Source of the DNA: Seinonella peptonophila
Lineage (GTDB): Bacteria > Bacillota > Bacilli > Thermoactinomycetales > Thermoactinomycetaceae
Length of the DNA: 64,000 bases
Assembly (NCBI RefSeq): GCF_900129355.1
Contig: NZ_FQVL01000007.1
Coordinates: 58,106-122,105, forward strand
Direction: 5' to 3'
Shown: positions 1-8,874 of the stretch, one piece after another
Layout: each line of letters starts with the position of its first letter
Numbering within the stretch: the stretch's first letter is position 1
The notes under the pieces: model-generated
What the model was told of the DNA's origin: nothing
Seen by the model: only the letters and a program-made list of their open reading frames with translations
Databases searched by the model: none
Translations under genes and position numbers: made by a program

Positions 1-139
1 TTGTTGAGTATAAATCATACCTCTGAACAATTCTCAATTAATATGATTTTTATCTTTTCTTTTCTATTTAGTCCTCCAATGTATTCTCATATTTATATCG
101 GAATATTGTTCTTAGATGCTTTTAATTATTTAGTTGCTT

Positions 140-168
140 TTGAAATGGTCGTTTACATATGGGATAAT
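140..168 (+). promoter_or_regulatory. putative sigma-A type promoter (-35 TTGAAA, 17-bp spacer, extended -10 TGgGATAAT) for the 4-gene cassette
   Basis: hexamer match and spacing read directly from the sequence; AGGAGAG RBS follows 5 nt before the ATG at 213. Confidence 0.35.
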
Positions 169-212
169 AAAACGTAACACAGAATATATGTTCTTTTGTG
201 AGGAGAGAGAAA

Positions 213-572
213 ATGGTAGGAAAGATCGTATATTTTGCAGCTACAGGGACCTCAATTGTTTGCAAGGGCAGAGTATTAAGAATGGTAGAAAATGAATGTA
301 ATATGGTACAATATTTTATACAAAATATTGATCAAATAGGAACAGTAATATTAACGCAAGAGGAGATCTATTTTTCTGAAGAAGAAGCACAAAAAAATGT
401 TTTGGATAAAGTAAGAAGACAGTACATAAAAATTGTTGAGAGTTTGTCTCCAAAAGAATTATTACAGTACTTAGTTAGTCTTCATCCGATACGTAATGAG
501 ATAGATCAAGATGTAAAAAAGACAATCGAAAGATCAATTGAGAATTATTTTGATATAGTATTAGATGATTAG
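213..572 (+). CDS. hypothetical small protein (about 120 aa), first gene of the 4-gene cassette
   Basis: ORF with AGGAGAG RBS 5 nt upstream of the ATG; tightly coupled to the next gene (19-nt gap). Confidence 0.6.
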   Translation: MVGKIVYFAATGTSIVCKGRVLRMVENECNMVQYFIQNIDQIGTVILTQEEIYFSEEEAQKNVLDKVRRQYIKIVESLSPKELLQYLVSLHPIRNEIDQDVKKTIERSIENYFDIVLDD

Positions 573-590
573 CTAAGAGGGGGATCACAA

Positions 591-1634
591 ATGTTAGATT
601 TTACAGAATTAAAGCTTGAAAATTTGGTTATACATAAAGTTGGAAACCGTATGAGGAATGAAAAATTAATTATTGCAGATTCTGTACAAGATTCAATAGA
701 CAATGATACTAAAGATGTTTTATTGAAATATTTGCTATCCCCTTTTAGGAAAAAAGAGCCAATTTATAAATTCACTCATGAAACGAATATTAAATTGAAT
801 GAAGTTTACGCTTATACTAAAGAGATTTTTGATGATCCTGACAAATTTCATGGATGCTCAGTAAATATACTAAAACATCTTTATAGTGTTTCAACTCATC
901 CGCAAATTAAAAGCGGAGAGTTTTATATGGTGTACTTTAAAGATTGTATAGTTGATAAACAGAAAGTAGATACAATAGGTATATTCAAAACGGAAAATAA
1001 GGATATCTATTTAAAAGTTAATGAAAGGTATAACGAGTTTACATTAGGGTATGAGAAAGGAATAAATATAAACAAATTAGATAAGGGTTGTTTAATCTTC
1101 AATATAGGTTCGTCGATTGGTTTTCAAGTTAGTGTTGTTGATAATTCCAATGCAAAAGAGGCGCAATATTGGAAGGATGAATTTCTGAAATTAGATTACA
1201 TACAAAATAGCGACTTCAAAACTAACCACTTCATAAGTATGTTTAATGAGTATTGTAATAATGGTCACGTTAATAATTTAGAAAAGAAAGAGAAAATAAT
1301 CATGAGAAATAAGGGGCTTCAATATCTTATGGAGAATGATCATTTTGATATTGAAGATTTTAAAACTGAAGTTATCAAAAAACAAGATGAAGTAGAAGGA
1401 TTTGATAATTTCAGAAAGAATTATTATGAAGAAGAAAGAATTTCGATTGATGATTCTTTTATAGTTACTCAGAATACAGTTCAAAAGATGAGAAAGAAAG
1501 TTGATAATAAAATAAATCTTGATGACGGAGTTGAAATTAGAATTAGTAATGCAGAACCAGAGCTAATTGAAAAAGGATATGACGAAAGGAAACAAATGTG
1601 GTTTTATAAACTTTTTTATAAAAATGAAGAATAA
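591..1634 (+). CDS. putative nucleoid-associated protein, NA37/YejK(NdpA)-like DNA-binding protein
   Basis: 347 aa; N-terminal LENLVIHKVG motif resembles the conserved N-terminus of the NA37 family; AGAGGGGG RBS; 14-nt gap to the next gene. Confidence 0.5.
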   Translation: MLDFTELKLENLVIHKVGNRMRNEKLIIADSVQDSIDNDTKDVLLKYLLSPFRKKEPIYKFTHETNIKLNEVYAYTKEIFDDPDKFHGCSVNILKHLYSVSTHPQIKSGEFYMVYFKDCIVDKQKVDTIGIFKTENKDIYLKVNERYNEFTLGYEKGININKLDKGCLIFNIGSSIGFQVSVVDNSNAKEAQYWKDEFLKLDYIQNSDFKTNHFISMFNEYCNNGHVNNLEKKEKIIMRNKGLQYLMENDHFDIEDFKTEVIKKQDEVEGFDNFRKNYYEEERISIDDSFIVTQNTVQKMRKKVDNKINLDDGVEIRISNAEPELIEKGYDERKQMWFYKLFYKNEE

Positions 1635-1648
1635 AAAGGGGATTTAAA

Positions 1649-2608
1649 ATGGCTGGAGAAGATTCCAAAAACTCAGGAGAGTTTGGAGAGAAAATTGTTG
1701 AAGGATTGCTTGAACTGATTGGTTGGAGTTCTTTCCAAAAAGGATTGGGTATAGACTGCTTTGATGGAGATTTACATAAAATCGGGAAATCTCCGAAAAC
1801 CAGACATGGAATTGACTTCTATTACTCATATGATTGTCCCTTAGTAGATTATAGACGAGAGGATATTGTAATTTCTGTTAAACATACAACTAAACCTTAT
1901 CCTCTAAAAAATCCCACTACTAAATTTAAGGAGTATTTGAAAGACCTTGCGCATGCAATAGAATGTTTCGAACAAGATATTGAATACAAAAGCAGCTTGA
2001 ATACATCAAATTATATTAAAGATGTGAATACCACTGGAGTTCTTTTCTGGTTATCCAGTAACAAAGATGAAAAGTACGGCAGTGTTATTGAAAAGATAAC
2101 AAATTTTAGACCCAATAGTAACTTGAGTTTTAATTCTATATATTTGGTGGATAATAAAAGGGCTACCTTTCTTTTAAACACAATTAACTACGCTAGAAAT
2201 TACGCAAGAAATAAATATAACACTGATGAGGTCAAATTTGTTTACCCTTCAACTGGCTATAATTCTAGTCCTCTAAATAAGGTTTCTAGTGGGGATATTT
2301 TACCTGTCCAGTATATAAACTCAACGATACTACCAGTAAGAGTTGATGTCGAAAATCAAGTTTCAATACTATTACTATTCATTAATGATTGTTTTTCTGA
2401 ACAAAGTTTAAAACGATTGGTTGGTCTATCACACAATTTGACTGAAGGATGGGCTAGTGAAAAAACGATCCTATACCCTGATTATAGTTATATCAAGCAT
2501 AATCACACAGTAAGTAAGGTTAAACAACAGTATAGAGATCAAAAATTTATTAAGGATGTTTATGTCTCTTCTTATTTGGAAGATATCGGATTGTTGGGAG
2601 CTGATTAA
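1649..2608 (+). CDS. putative Mrr-like / PD-(D/E)xK restriction-endonuclease-fold protein
   Basis: N-terminus GEFGEKIVEGLLELIGW...GIDFYY...DIVISVKH resembles the Mrr_cat core (G-x-FE...D-G-ID...x-V-K); operonic. Confidence 0.45.
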   Translation: MAGEDSKNSGEFGEKIVEGLLELIGWSSFQKGLGIDCFDGDLHKIGKSPKTRHGIDFYYSYDCPLVDYRREDIVISVKHTTKPYPLKNPTTKFKEYLKDLAHAIECFEQDIEYKSSLNTSNYIKDVNTTGVLFWLSSNKDEKYGSVIEKITNFRPNSNLSFNSIYLVDNKRATFLLNTINYARNYARNKYNTDEVKFVYPSTGYNSSPLNKVSSGDILPVQYINSTILPVRVDVENQVSILLLFINDCFSEQSLKRLVGLSHNLTEGWASEKTILYPDYSYIKHNHTVSKVKQQYRDQKFIKDVYVSSYLEDIGLLGAD

Positions 2609-3755
2609 ATTGGATAATAAAAATGTACAAGTGGAAACTATTTTACCATATGGTGAATCTATACGACCATTAATTACATCCTCGTTACTAACTAAATATG
2701 ACTTAAAACAATTTCTCTCTAATCGTGGGGTTTTTATTTGTGATGCAGAAAAAGAAGTATCAGTTCCAATAATATGTACCAGTATACTTAGTCCTGAAGA
2801 ATTTGAAGATTTAATGAACCGTCAGACTACTAAAGAGAGCAAAGTAAAAAGAGTCAATAGAAGAGTAAACTGGGACGCATCAACAAATCTATTTGATGCA
2901 TTTAAAAGATATCAGATTCCATATCAGGAAATGATTTCTGAGCGAGTTAATAATTTTAGAGTAATTCAACCTACCCGATTTGTGGCATTAAATAAAAATA
3001 ATAAGAATGAATTAGCATTAGAATATAAAATTGAAAGGGAAGATCCAACGAAGGATTGGTCGACTTTAAAAAGCATACATGAAGCAAGGATACTATTGAA
3101 AAAAACAGATAAAAATATTCTTGAAATAAGTATGGAATCTACAGCAAACGAAACAAAAGAACTAAATGATAAAATATTGAATCGTGTAATTTCCTATTTA
3201 AAAGATCAGTGTTTTATTGATAAGAATGAACGTGTTCAAAAGATTATTTTTGGTGATTTTACAAATCAAGGGAGAATTGAATTTTTATTAAGTTTGCATA
3301 GTGATGATCCTATAGAGGTGTTTACTTTTAAAGAAATCACCAATATAGAATTAAATGTAGATTCTAAAGGGGAAATTCCTGATGATATTGAATGGATGAA
3401 AAATCGAGTTAAAAACTTAATAATTAAGGGTCAAGGTCTACATGATACGATGTTTTTGAAGAATCCAAACTACCACGATTGTTTAGTAGTTACAAGTATC
3501 GAAGCTGATTATGAGTATGATTATTCAGGATCAAAAGGGATATGTAAGATAGATTACGGCTTTCAAATGAAATCCAAGTCATTTACTAAGCAATCAGAAT
3601 TTGAATTCAAGATCTTGAAAGTTAATCCTAATTCACAGGAAAACAAAAAAAAGGTTGAAAAGGAACTACGGAATAGATTCGATGATTTTAAATCCAAAAA
3701 ATATATGTTGTACAAAGAGAATGAAAAGAAGGAGCGTAATCTACCCCAAACATAG
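2556..3755 (+). CDS. hypothetical protein (about 380-399 aa), fourth cassette gene; alternative TTG start at 2610 with GGAG RBS
   Basis: long ORF, K/E-rich, overlapping or abutting the upstream gene; no recognisable motif. Confidence 0.55.
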   Translation: MFMSLLIWKISDCWELIKLDNKNVQVETILPYGESIRPLITSSLLTKYDLKQFLSNRGVFICDAEKEVSVPIICTSILSPEEFEDLMNRQTTKESKVKRVNRRVNWDASTNLFDAFKRYQIPYQEMISERVNNFRVIQPTRFVALNKNNKNELALEYKIEREDPTKDWSTLKSIHEARILLKKTDKNILEISMESTANETKELNDKILNRVISYLKDQCFIDKNERVQKIIFGDFTNQGRIEFLLSLHSDDPIEVFTFKEITNIELNVDSKGEIPDDIEWMKNRVKNLIIKGQGLHDTMFLKNPNYHDCLVVTSIEADYEYDYSGSKGICKIDYGFQMKSKSFTKQSEFEFKILKVNPNSQENKKKVEKELRNRFDDFKSKKYMLYKENEKKERNLPQT

Positions 3756-3920
3756 AATGCTGTTGTAGAGATGGTGTGTCACTAAGTGTGTCAACTCAAC
3801 CAGCCCAACTAAATCCCAAACAAACTCAAATTAAATCCAAACTCTCCAACCCCTTAATTCAACACGCCTCAACGGACTTCCCCGCACCTCATCAAAACTC
3901 ACTCAACACCACCCTGAACT

Positions 3921-3967
3921 CACTCGTAATGATGGGGTCGCAGGTTCAAATCCTGTTGTCAGCACCA
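3921..3967 (+). repeat. tRNA 3'-half-like att site copy 1 (T-arm CGCAGGTTCAAATCCTGTTGTCAGCACCA)
   Basis: canonical T-stem and T-loop plus an ACCA 3' end but no D-arm or 5' acceptor strand; repeated at 5694-5742. Confidence 0.5.
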
Positions 3968-4546
3968 GCTAAACCCTTGTGAATCAGGGGTTTTTGTGTT
4001 TTATTGTTTACTAGTTTCAATTACAAAACTTTGAGATCTGGATTGCTAGCAACCAATCGTGAAACAATTGATTATTGAAATTGAGGGTTATGGTTTACAA
4101 GCATTGCTCCATGGAAAATGTCAAGATAGTCATGAATTACGGAAGAAGTTTTTTCAAACATTACGAAACTTACATGGTAACGAGGATTTTCTTCACGTCT
4201 TTTGTAGGGATCATCAGTTTGAAGAAGTTCCTTACTCAGGCTTAATTGAGGCTGATTTTCTGCTCGATGTGGATGTACTACGTGTTTTTAAAAATGAAGG
4301 AGATCATTGGAAGATGATATGATCCAATCATGACCACCACACATAAAAAGGGTGGTCATGATTGTGTTTGATCAAATAATTCACCCATTTATACCAAGAG
4401 GCTTGCAGTTATTACATTGCAATGGAGTAGGGGTAAAAATAAAAACTGAACCACTAAAGAAATGTTTAGGGTTCAGCACACTCACTTTGAATTAACAGAT
4501 TGGTTCCTTATATCACCTCACATTGATTGAAAGTTAACGAATAAAC

Positions 4547-4690
4547 GCTTATTCTACTTGGCTAAGTATTCTTTAATACTGATACGTTGTGCTGGGCGCA
4601 TTTCAATTTCATCCAGTTCTTTTTGTGTAAAAAAACGCAGCTGAGTTGATTCAAAGCTTACTGTAAGCTCACCGCTTGCGGATACATCAC
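4547..4690 (-). pseudogene. Nudix hydrolase C-terminal fragment (copy i of triplicated module)
   Basis: minus-strand translation [39 protein letters not shown] is homologous to the C-terminus of the 8494-8874 ORF. Confidence 0.45.
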
Positions 4691-4825
4691 AAGAACGTGA
4701 AGGATTTAAATCTAAGAGAATGGACATGTCCAGAATGTAACAAGCATCATGATCGAGACATGAACGCAGCCATTAACATCTTGCATGAAGGTATGAGATT
4801 AGTCGCCGTGGGGCTCACGGTCTGA
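4691..4825 (+). pseudogene. IS200/IS605-family TnpB (OrfB) C-terminal fragment
   Basis: translation ...[34 protein letters not shown] carries the TnpB zinc-finger/RuvC-III signature; no N-terminal part upstream. Confidence 0.55.
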
Positions 4826-4890
4826 GCTTGGTCAATTTCTCTAGATTGCGAGAGATTACCCAAGAATCTCCCGCGTTTACGCATGGGGAG
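4826..4890 (+). mobile_element. IS605-family right-end / omega-RNA-like remnant after the TnpB fragment
   Basis: GC-rich structured stretch (GCTTGGTCAATTTCTCTAGATTGCGAGAGATTACCCAAGAATCTCCCGCG...) at the position where TnpB elements carry their RE RNA. Confidence 0.3.
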
Positions 4891-4945
4891 TGGTCAAGGA
4901 GATTAATTAAGGTATAATACACTTGAAAGAGTATGGATCGAAACG

Positions 4946-5245
4946 GTGGTGGGGGTTGTGTTAGTAAATAATTTGAATGACAGTCTAAAGAAAATGAAGC
5001 TTTTTTTAAGAGATTCATATGGGGTGAAGAAAATAGGCTATTTTGGTTCCTATGTACGAGGTGAACAGACGGAAAAAAGTGATATTGATTTATTGGTTGA
5101 GTTTTCTAAGCCAATTGGATTGCGCTTTGTTGAGCTTAAAGAACATTTGGAAAGAGAATTGGGTAAAAATGTTGATTTAGTCACGACTAAAGCATTAAAA
5201 CCTCAATTACGAGAAGCTATTTTAAATGAGGTTATTTATCTATGA
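4946..5245 (+). CDS. nucleotidyltransferase (MNT-type) antitoxin of a HepT/MNT pair
   Basis: GYFGSYVRGEQTEKSDIDLLV nucleotidyltransferase motif; 4-nt ATGA overlap with the downstream hepT. Confidence 0.7.
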   Translation: MVGVVLVNNLNDSLKKMKLFLRDSYGVKKIGYFGSYVRGEQTEKSDIDLLVEFSKPIGLRFVELKEHLERELGKNVDLVTTKALKPQLREAILNEVIYL

Positions 5246-5589
5246 AAAGAAATTTTGTTCTTTTTTTAGAAGATATAACCAATTGTATGAATAAAATCGA
5301 AAGCTATATAACTGATTTAAGTTATGAATAATTTGAAGAGAATCAATTAGTCATTGATGCAGTTGTCCGTAATCTTGAAGTGATCGGAGAGGCGTCAAAG
5401 TATATACCAGAAGAGATTAGGCAAAAATATCCGCAGGTTCCATGGAAGAGCATGATTGGTCTAAGAAACATTCTGATACACGAATACTTTGGCATTGATG
5501 AGCAAATTATTTGGGAAATTGTATCTCAAGATTTCAGAGAAACAAAACCACTGATCGAAAATATTTTAGTAAAGGTAAAAAATGATTGA
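5242..5589 (+). pseudogene. hepT: HepT (DUF86) toxin interrupted by an in-frame TAA at 5329-5331
   Basis: MKRNFVLFLEDITNCMNKIESYITDLSYE*FEENQLVIDAVVRNLEVIGEASKYIPEE...RNILIHEYF stays in one frame across the TAA; HEPN Rx4-6H-like motif RNILIHEY in the distal part. Confidence 0.6.
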
Positions 5590-5693
5590 ATTTTTAAATA
5601 TGTATTATTTTTGTTGAACCGTCCATTGCTATTTCAAAGATAATTGGATCACAATATTCAATGTCAGGATAATTGTAGTATTTTGTGTGTCAA

Positions 5694-5742
5694 CTCACTC
5701 GTAACGATGGGGTCACAGGTTCAAATCCTGTTGTCAGCACCA
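5694..5742 (+). repeat. tRNA 3'-half-like att site copy 2
   Basis: near-identical to 3921-3967; begins a roughly 320-bp segment (5692-6015) about 95% identical to 3905-4235. Confidence 0.5.
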
Positions 5743-5944
5743 GCCTACCCTTGTATAGCAAGTATTTTTTTGTGTTTTATTGATTGCTATTTTCAAATAC
5801 AAAACTTTGAGATCTGGATTAACTAGCAACCAATCGTGACACAATTGATTATTGAAATTGAGGGTTATGGTTTACAAGCATTGCTCCATGGAAAATGTCA
5901 AGATAGTCATGAATTATGTAAGAAGTTTTTTCAAACATTACGAA

Positions 5945-6215
5945 CTTGCATGGTAACGAGGATTTTCTTCACGTCTTTTTTAGGGATCATCAGTTTTGAA
6001 CGTACAAAGGCGCCTCCTTTAGGAGCAATCTCAATCAAATTCTTCGTTTGAAGTCGAAGTAATGCCGTTCGAATGGTCGTGCGACTTACATTCATTTCTT
6101 CAGCTAATATACGCTCTGCTGGAAGGCGTTGTCCAGCAGCAAATACTCCTTGGATAATATCAGCTTCAATTTTATTTACTACCTCGTCGAGTTTTTGATT
6201 GTTGTGTCATCGTAT
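5945..6215 (-). pseudogene. YtrA-type GntR-family regulator, copy ii, frameshifted near the start
   Basis: minus-strand VVNKIEADIIQGVFAAGQRLPAERILAEEMNVSRTTIRTALLRLQTKNLIEIAPKGGAFVRSK... (GntR HTH); the ATG-led frame MTQQSKTRRGSK* is out of frame with the HTH. Confidence 0.5.
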
Positions 6216-6227
6216 TACCACACATTG

Positions 6228-6400
6228 AACGTAAGTTATCGGATAAACGCTTTTTCTGCTTGGGCAAAATAATCTTTAATACGGATACGTTGTGCTGGAT
6301 GCATATCGACTTCAGCCAGTTCACTTTGTGTAAAAAAACGCAGTTGAGTGGATTCTGAACTTACGGATAGCTCGCCGCCAATAATCATGCTATTAAGGAA
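6228..6400 (-). pseudogene. Nudix hydrolase C-terminal fragment (copy ii)
   Basis: GGELSVSSESTQLRFFTQSELAEVDMHPAQRIRIKDYFAQAEKAFIR* nearly identical to the C-terminus of 8494-8874. Confidence 0.45.
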
Positions 6401-6807
6401 TCAAAGGGGATCGTTGAGAGGAACACCGAATCTTGTACCAAATACTATCCGAACGTAAACAGCAGCTAACGAGAGTTTAATAGGCAAAAGTTCCATACAT
6501 CACGTTTATATGAGTTTTAATGCTTCTTTGATGAGCTTCAAGAGTGGTAATCTCTAACGTTTGTTTTGCAGTAGTTTTGAAATTTATCGTACATCTTGTT
6601 TACTGAAATTAGGTGCAAAATGCCTGCTTTTTATTATAATTAATGGTGGTTTATGCGTTTTGCATAAGTTGAAGCCAAGTGTGCGCAGGGAGCGGGACTA
6701 GACGTATGTGGTGAATACGAGGTGACAGATTGAGTTGCCGGAAGGATAAGCCTCGTAGCTTTGAGCAATAAAAGCGGTGAAATGAACATCATAGAGGAGG
6801 CGACAGT

Positions 6808-8124
6808 GTGGCCGTTTTCCACGAGTTAGAAGTGACCGAATTTCCAGATCGGCGTGGACAGACGTATTTTGTGCAGACGGGGCAGGATTACCAATTCGGG
6901 GATCCAGAACAACACACGAAGTTTTTAGAAGGATGCGAAAAGTATTTGGCGGTTCTCAACGAGGAGAACCGAGAAGTAGGCAAAAAAGAAGTTACCAATG
7001 GCCCGATTCATACGATTACTAACGAGCAAACCAATGCGCATGGGGAGACATTGTTGCAGACGAAACAGACAACATATGTGCATTTCCGTGCCTATGTCGA
7101 TTCACAAGATCCGAAATTATCCAAGGAGAAGCGCGCCAAGCTTCAAGAATGTTTTGGTGAAATAGGTGGTGTACCACCGTGCCCTGTAGGCAGCCCGATG
7201 ACGATGATCATTCCGAAGCAAGAGCCTCCGTCGCATGAATCAAAAGTGACAAAAGTGCGCGACAAACTGCCAGCGATCGTTGCACAGGCGATCGATTTGT
7301 CAACGGCGAAGTTGAACGAGCAGATAACACAGCGGCGTGGCAGACAACGAGCAGTGTTTGGCATGGTGAGCCAAAAGAGTAATTTCGCCGGTGCGGGCAC
7401 GATACAAGGGTTTGGAGGTGCTCTCAATGAAAACACCGCGCTGTTGCCGGTAGAGACGCAGCTAAAGCTGGCGGAGTTACAAGAGCGTGGCTTCGTGTTG
7501 AACGAGCTTGGGGAAGATGCACGTGTGTGGACGCAAGATCGGGTGATTGATTCATATTTGGAGCAACAGCTGGCTCTGGTGGAGAGCGAGCGTGAATATT
7601 TGGGTCCGATCAAAGATCCGCGCGGCAACTATTACATCTTGAGTGCTGATCATGTGGACAAAACGCTGGAAGAATTGCAAGACTTGCAAGAGCAACAGCG
7701 GGCAGTGGGAAAGACAAAGTTTGATCAGCTGATCGATATGCCACTCGACGGTCGAGCGGCGAGTTTGCAGATGGCGCGCAACGGACAAACCCCGCGCCTT
7801 TACGTCGGACCTGGCCTCGATCGCTTACGAGAGCGAATGCTGGATCAGAAAATGGATCGTGTCATGCAACTTAATGAGTTTATTGGCCAAACACGCGGAA
7901 ATTTTGCCAACGTGCAAGAAAAAGTGAAATCCAATTGGCAGCAGAGCCGCATCGCTGCGATGGAATCTGGGGAATCCCAGCGCAAAGCAGCCTTTTTGGC
8001 CACAGGTCAGCTCGGGAAGCAACTATTGCAGTTGGGTGCGAAGAAGGCTAGAGCGAAGATTAGATTTACACCAAAAGATAAAATTGATCAAGTTGTTGGA
8101 AAATCTAGAGGAAGAGAATTTTAA
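6808..8124 (+). CDS. hypothetical protein (438 aa) on a roughly 52% GC island; GTG start with AGAGGAGG RBS
   Basis: long ORF with strong RBS and a terminator at 8132-8165; codon composition is distinct from the flanking roughly 33% GC DNA. Confidence 0.6.
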   Translation: MAVFHELEVTEFPDRRGQTYFVQTGQDYQFGDPEQHTKFLEGCEKYLAVLNEENREVGKKEVTNGPIHTITNEQTNAHGETLLQTKQTTYVHFRAYVDSQDPKLSKEKRAKLQECFGEIGGVPPCPVGSPMTMIIPKQEPPSHESKVTKVRDKLPAIVAQAIDLSTAKLNEQITQRRGRQRAVFGMVSQKSNFAGAGTIQGFGGALNENTALLPVETQLKLAELQERGFVLNELGEDARVWTQDRVIDSYLEQQLALVESEREYLGPIKDPRGNYYILSADHVDKTLEELQDLQEQQRAVGKTKFDQLIDMPLDGRAASLQMARNGQTPRLYVGPGLDRLRERMLDQKMDRVMQLNEFIGQTRGNFANVQEKVKSNWQQSRIAAMESGESQRKAAFLATGQLGKQLLQLGAKKARAKIRFTPKDKIDQVVGKSRGREF

Positions 8125-8131
8125 AATAAAT

Positions 8132-8165
8132 AAAGCCGTTTCTTGATTAGGAATCGGCTTTTTCT
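8132..8165 (+). terminator. rho-independent terminator (AAGCCG...CGGCTT + TTTT)
   Basis: hairpin plus T-run read directly from the sequence. Confidence 0.45.
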
Positions 8166-8212
8166 AAATTTCCTTATTTGCACCTGTTAACTGAAATTCA
8201 TCCCCAAATTTA

Positions 8213-8446
8213 TCAACCAGTTGATAACCAGCGAGAGAGACGCTTGATGTCACTAATGACTAAAATGGTTGATGCGTCTCCTCTAGGAATCATCTCAATC
8301 AAATTCTTCGCTTGCAGTCGAAGTAATGCCGTTCGAATGGTCGCGCGACTTACATTCATTTCTTCAGCTAATATACGTACTGCTGGAAGTCGCTGTCCAG
8401 CATTATATAACCTTTGGATCATATCCAATTTTATCGGATATCTCAT
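8213..8446 (-). pseudogene. YtrA-type GntR regulator, copy iii (HTH frame runs from an internal Met; upstream ATG-led frame MTQQSKIDEISDKIGYDPKVI* is shifted)
   Basis: LYNAGQRLPAVRILAEEMNVSRATIRTALLRLQAKNLIE GntR HTH; frameshift between the N-terminal leader and the HTH. Confidence 0.45.
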
Positions 8447-8493
8447 CGATTTTTGATTGTTGTGTCATCGTATCACCACACATTGAACGTAAG

Positions 8494-8874
8494 TTATCGG
8501 ATAAACGCTTTTTCTGCTTGGGCAAAATAATCTTTAATACGGATACGTTGTGCTGGGTGTATATCGACTTCAGCCAGTTCATTTTGTGTAAAAAAACACA
8601 GTTGAGTGGATTCGGAACTTACGGATAGCTCTCCGCCAGTAATCATGCAGGCAAAACAGATTGAGAACTGTTGTCGAACTTCTCCATCAGAATAGGCAAT
8701 GATATGGTTTAGATCAGTATAGATGCCGACACAACCTGTTACTTGGACATTCAATCCACTTTCTTCGTTCACTTCAAGTATGATTGTATTTTCAATCGAC
8801 TCTTCTAACTTGTGATTCGTGTGTCGGCATATACGGCGATCGATGACTTTTACGAAGGATAAATAAGTTAACAC
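8494..8874 (-). pseudogene. Nudix-like hydrolase, N-terminally truncated with a degenerate Nudix box
   Basis: LEESIENTIILEVNEESGL resembles the Nudix box (GX5EX7REUXEEXGU) but has GG->HT and R->L; stop codon immediately upstream of the first Met. Confidence 0.4.

Noticed and set aside
3921-3967. tmRNA (ssrA) 3' end as the att site
   Set aside because: Sequence does not match the Bacillus tmRNA 3' terminus (…GGGTTCGACTCCCACCGTCTCCACCA).
3776-3982. 68-aa ORF over the CA-rich stretch and tRNA fragment
   Set aside because: Low-complexity translation of a tRNA-derived or simple sequence.
4059-4322. 87-aa plus-strand ORF (and its truncated duplicate 5836-6051)
   Set aside because: Lies inside the duplicated segment whose minus strand encodes the C-terminus of the YtrA/GntR regulator; no RBS; copy 2 is frameshifted, so probably non-coding.
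7143-8022. Minus-strand ORFs 7143-7628, 7552-7788 and 7825-8022
   Set aside because: Antisense shadows of the 6808-8124 gene.
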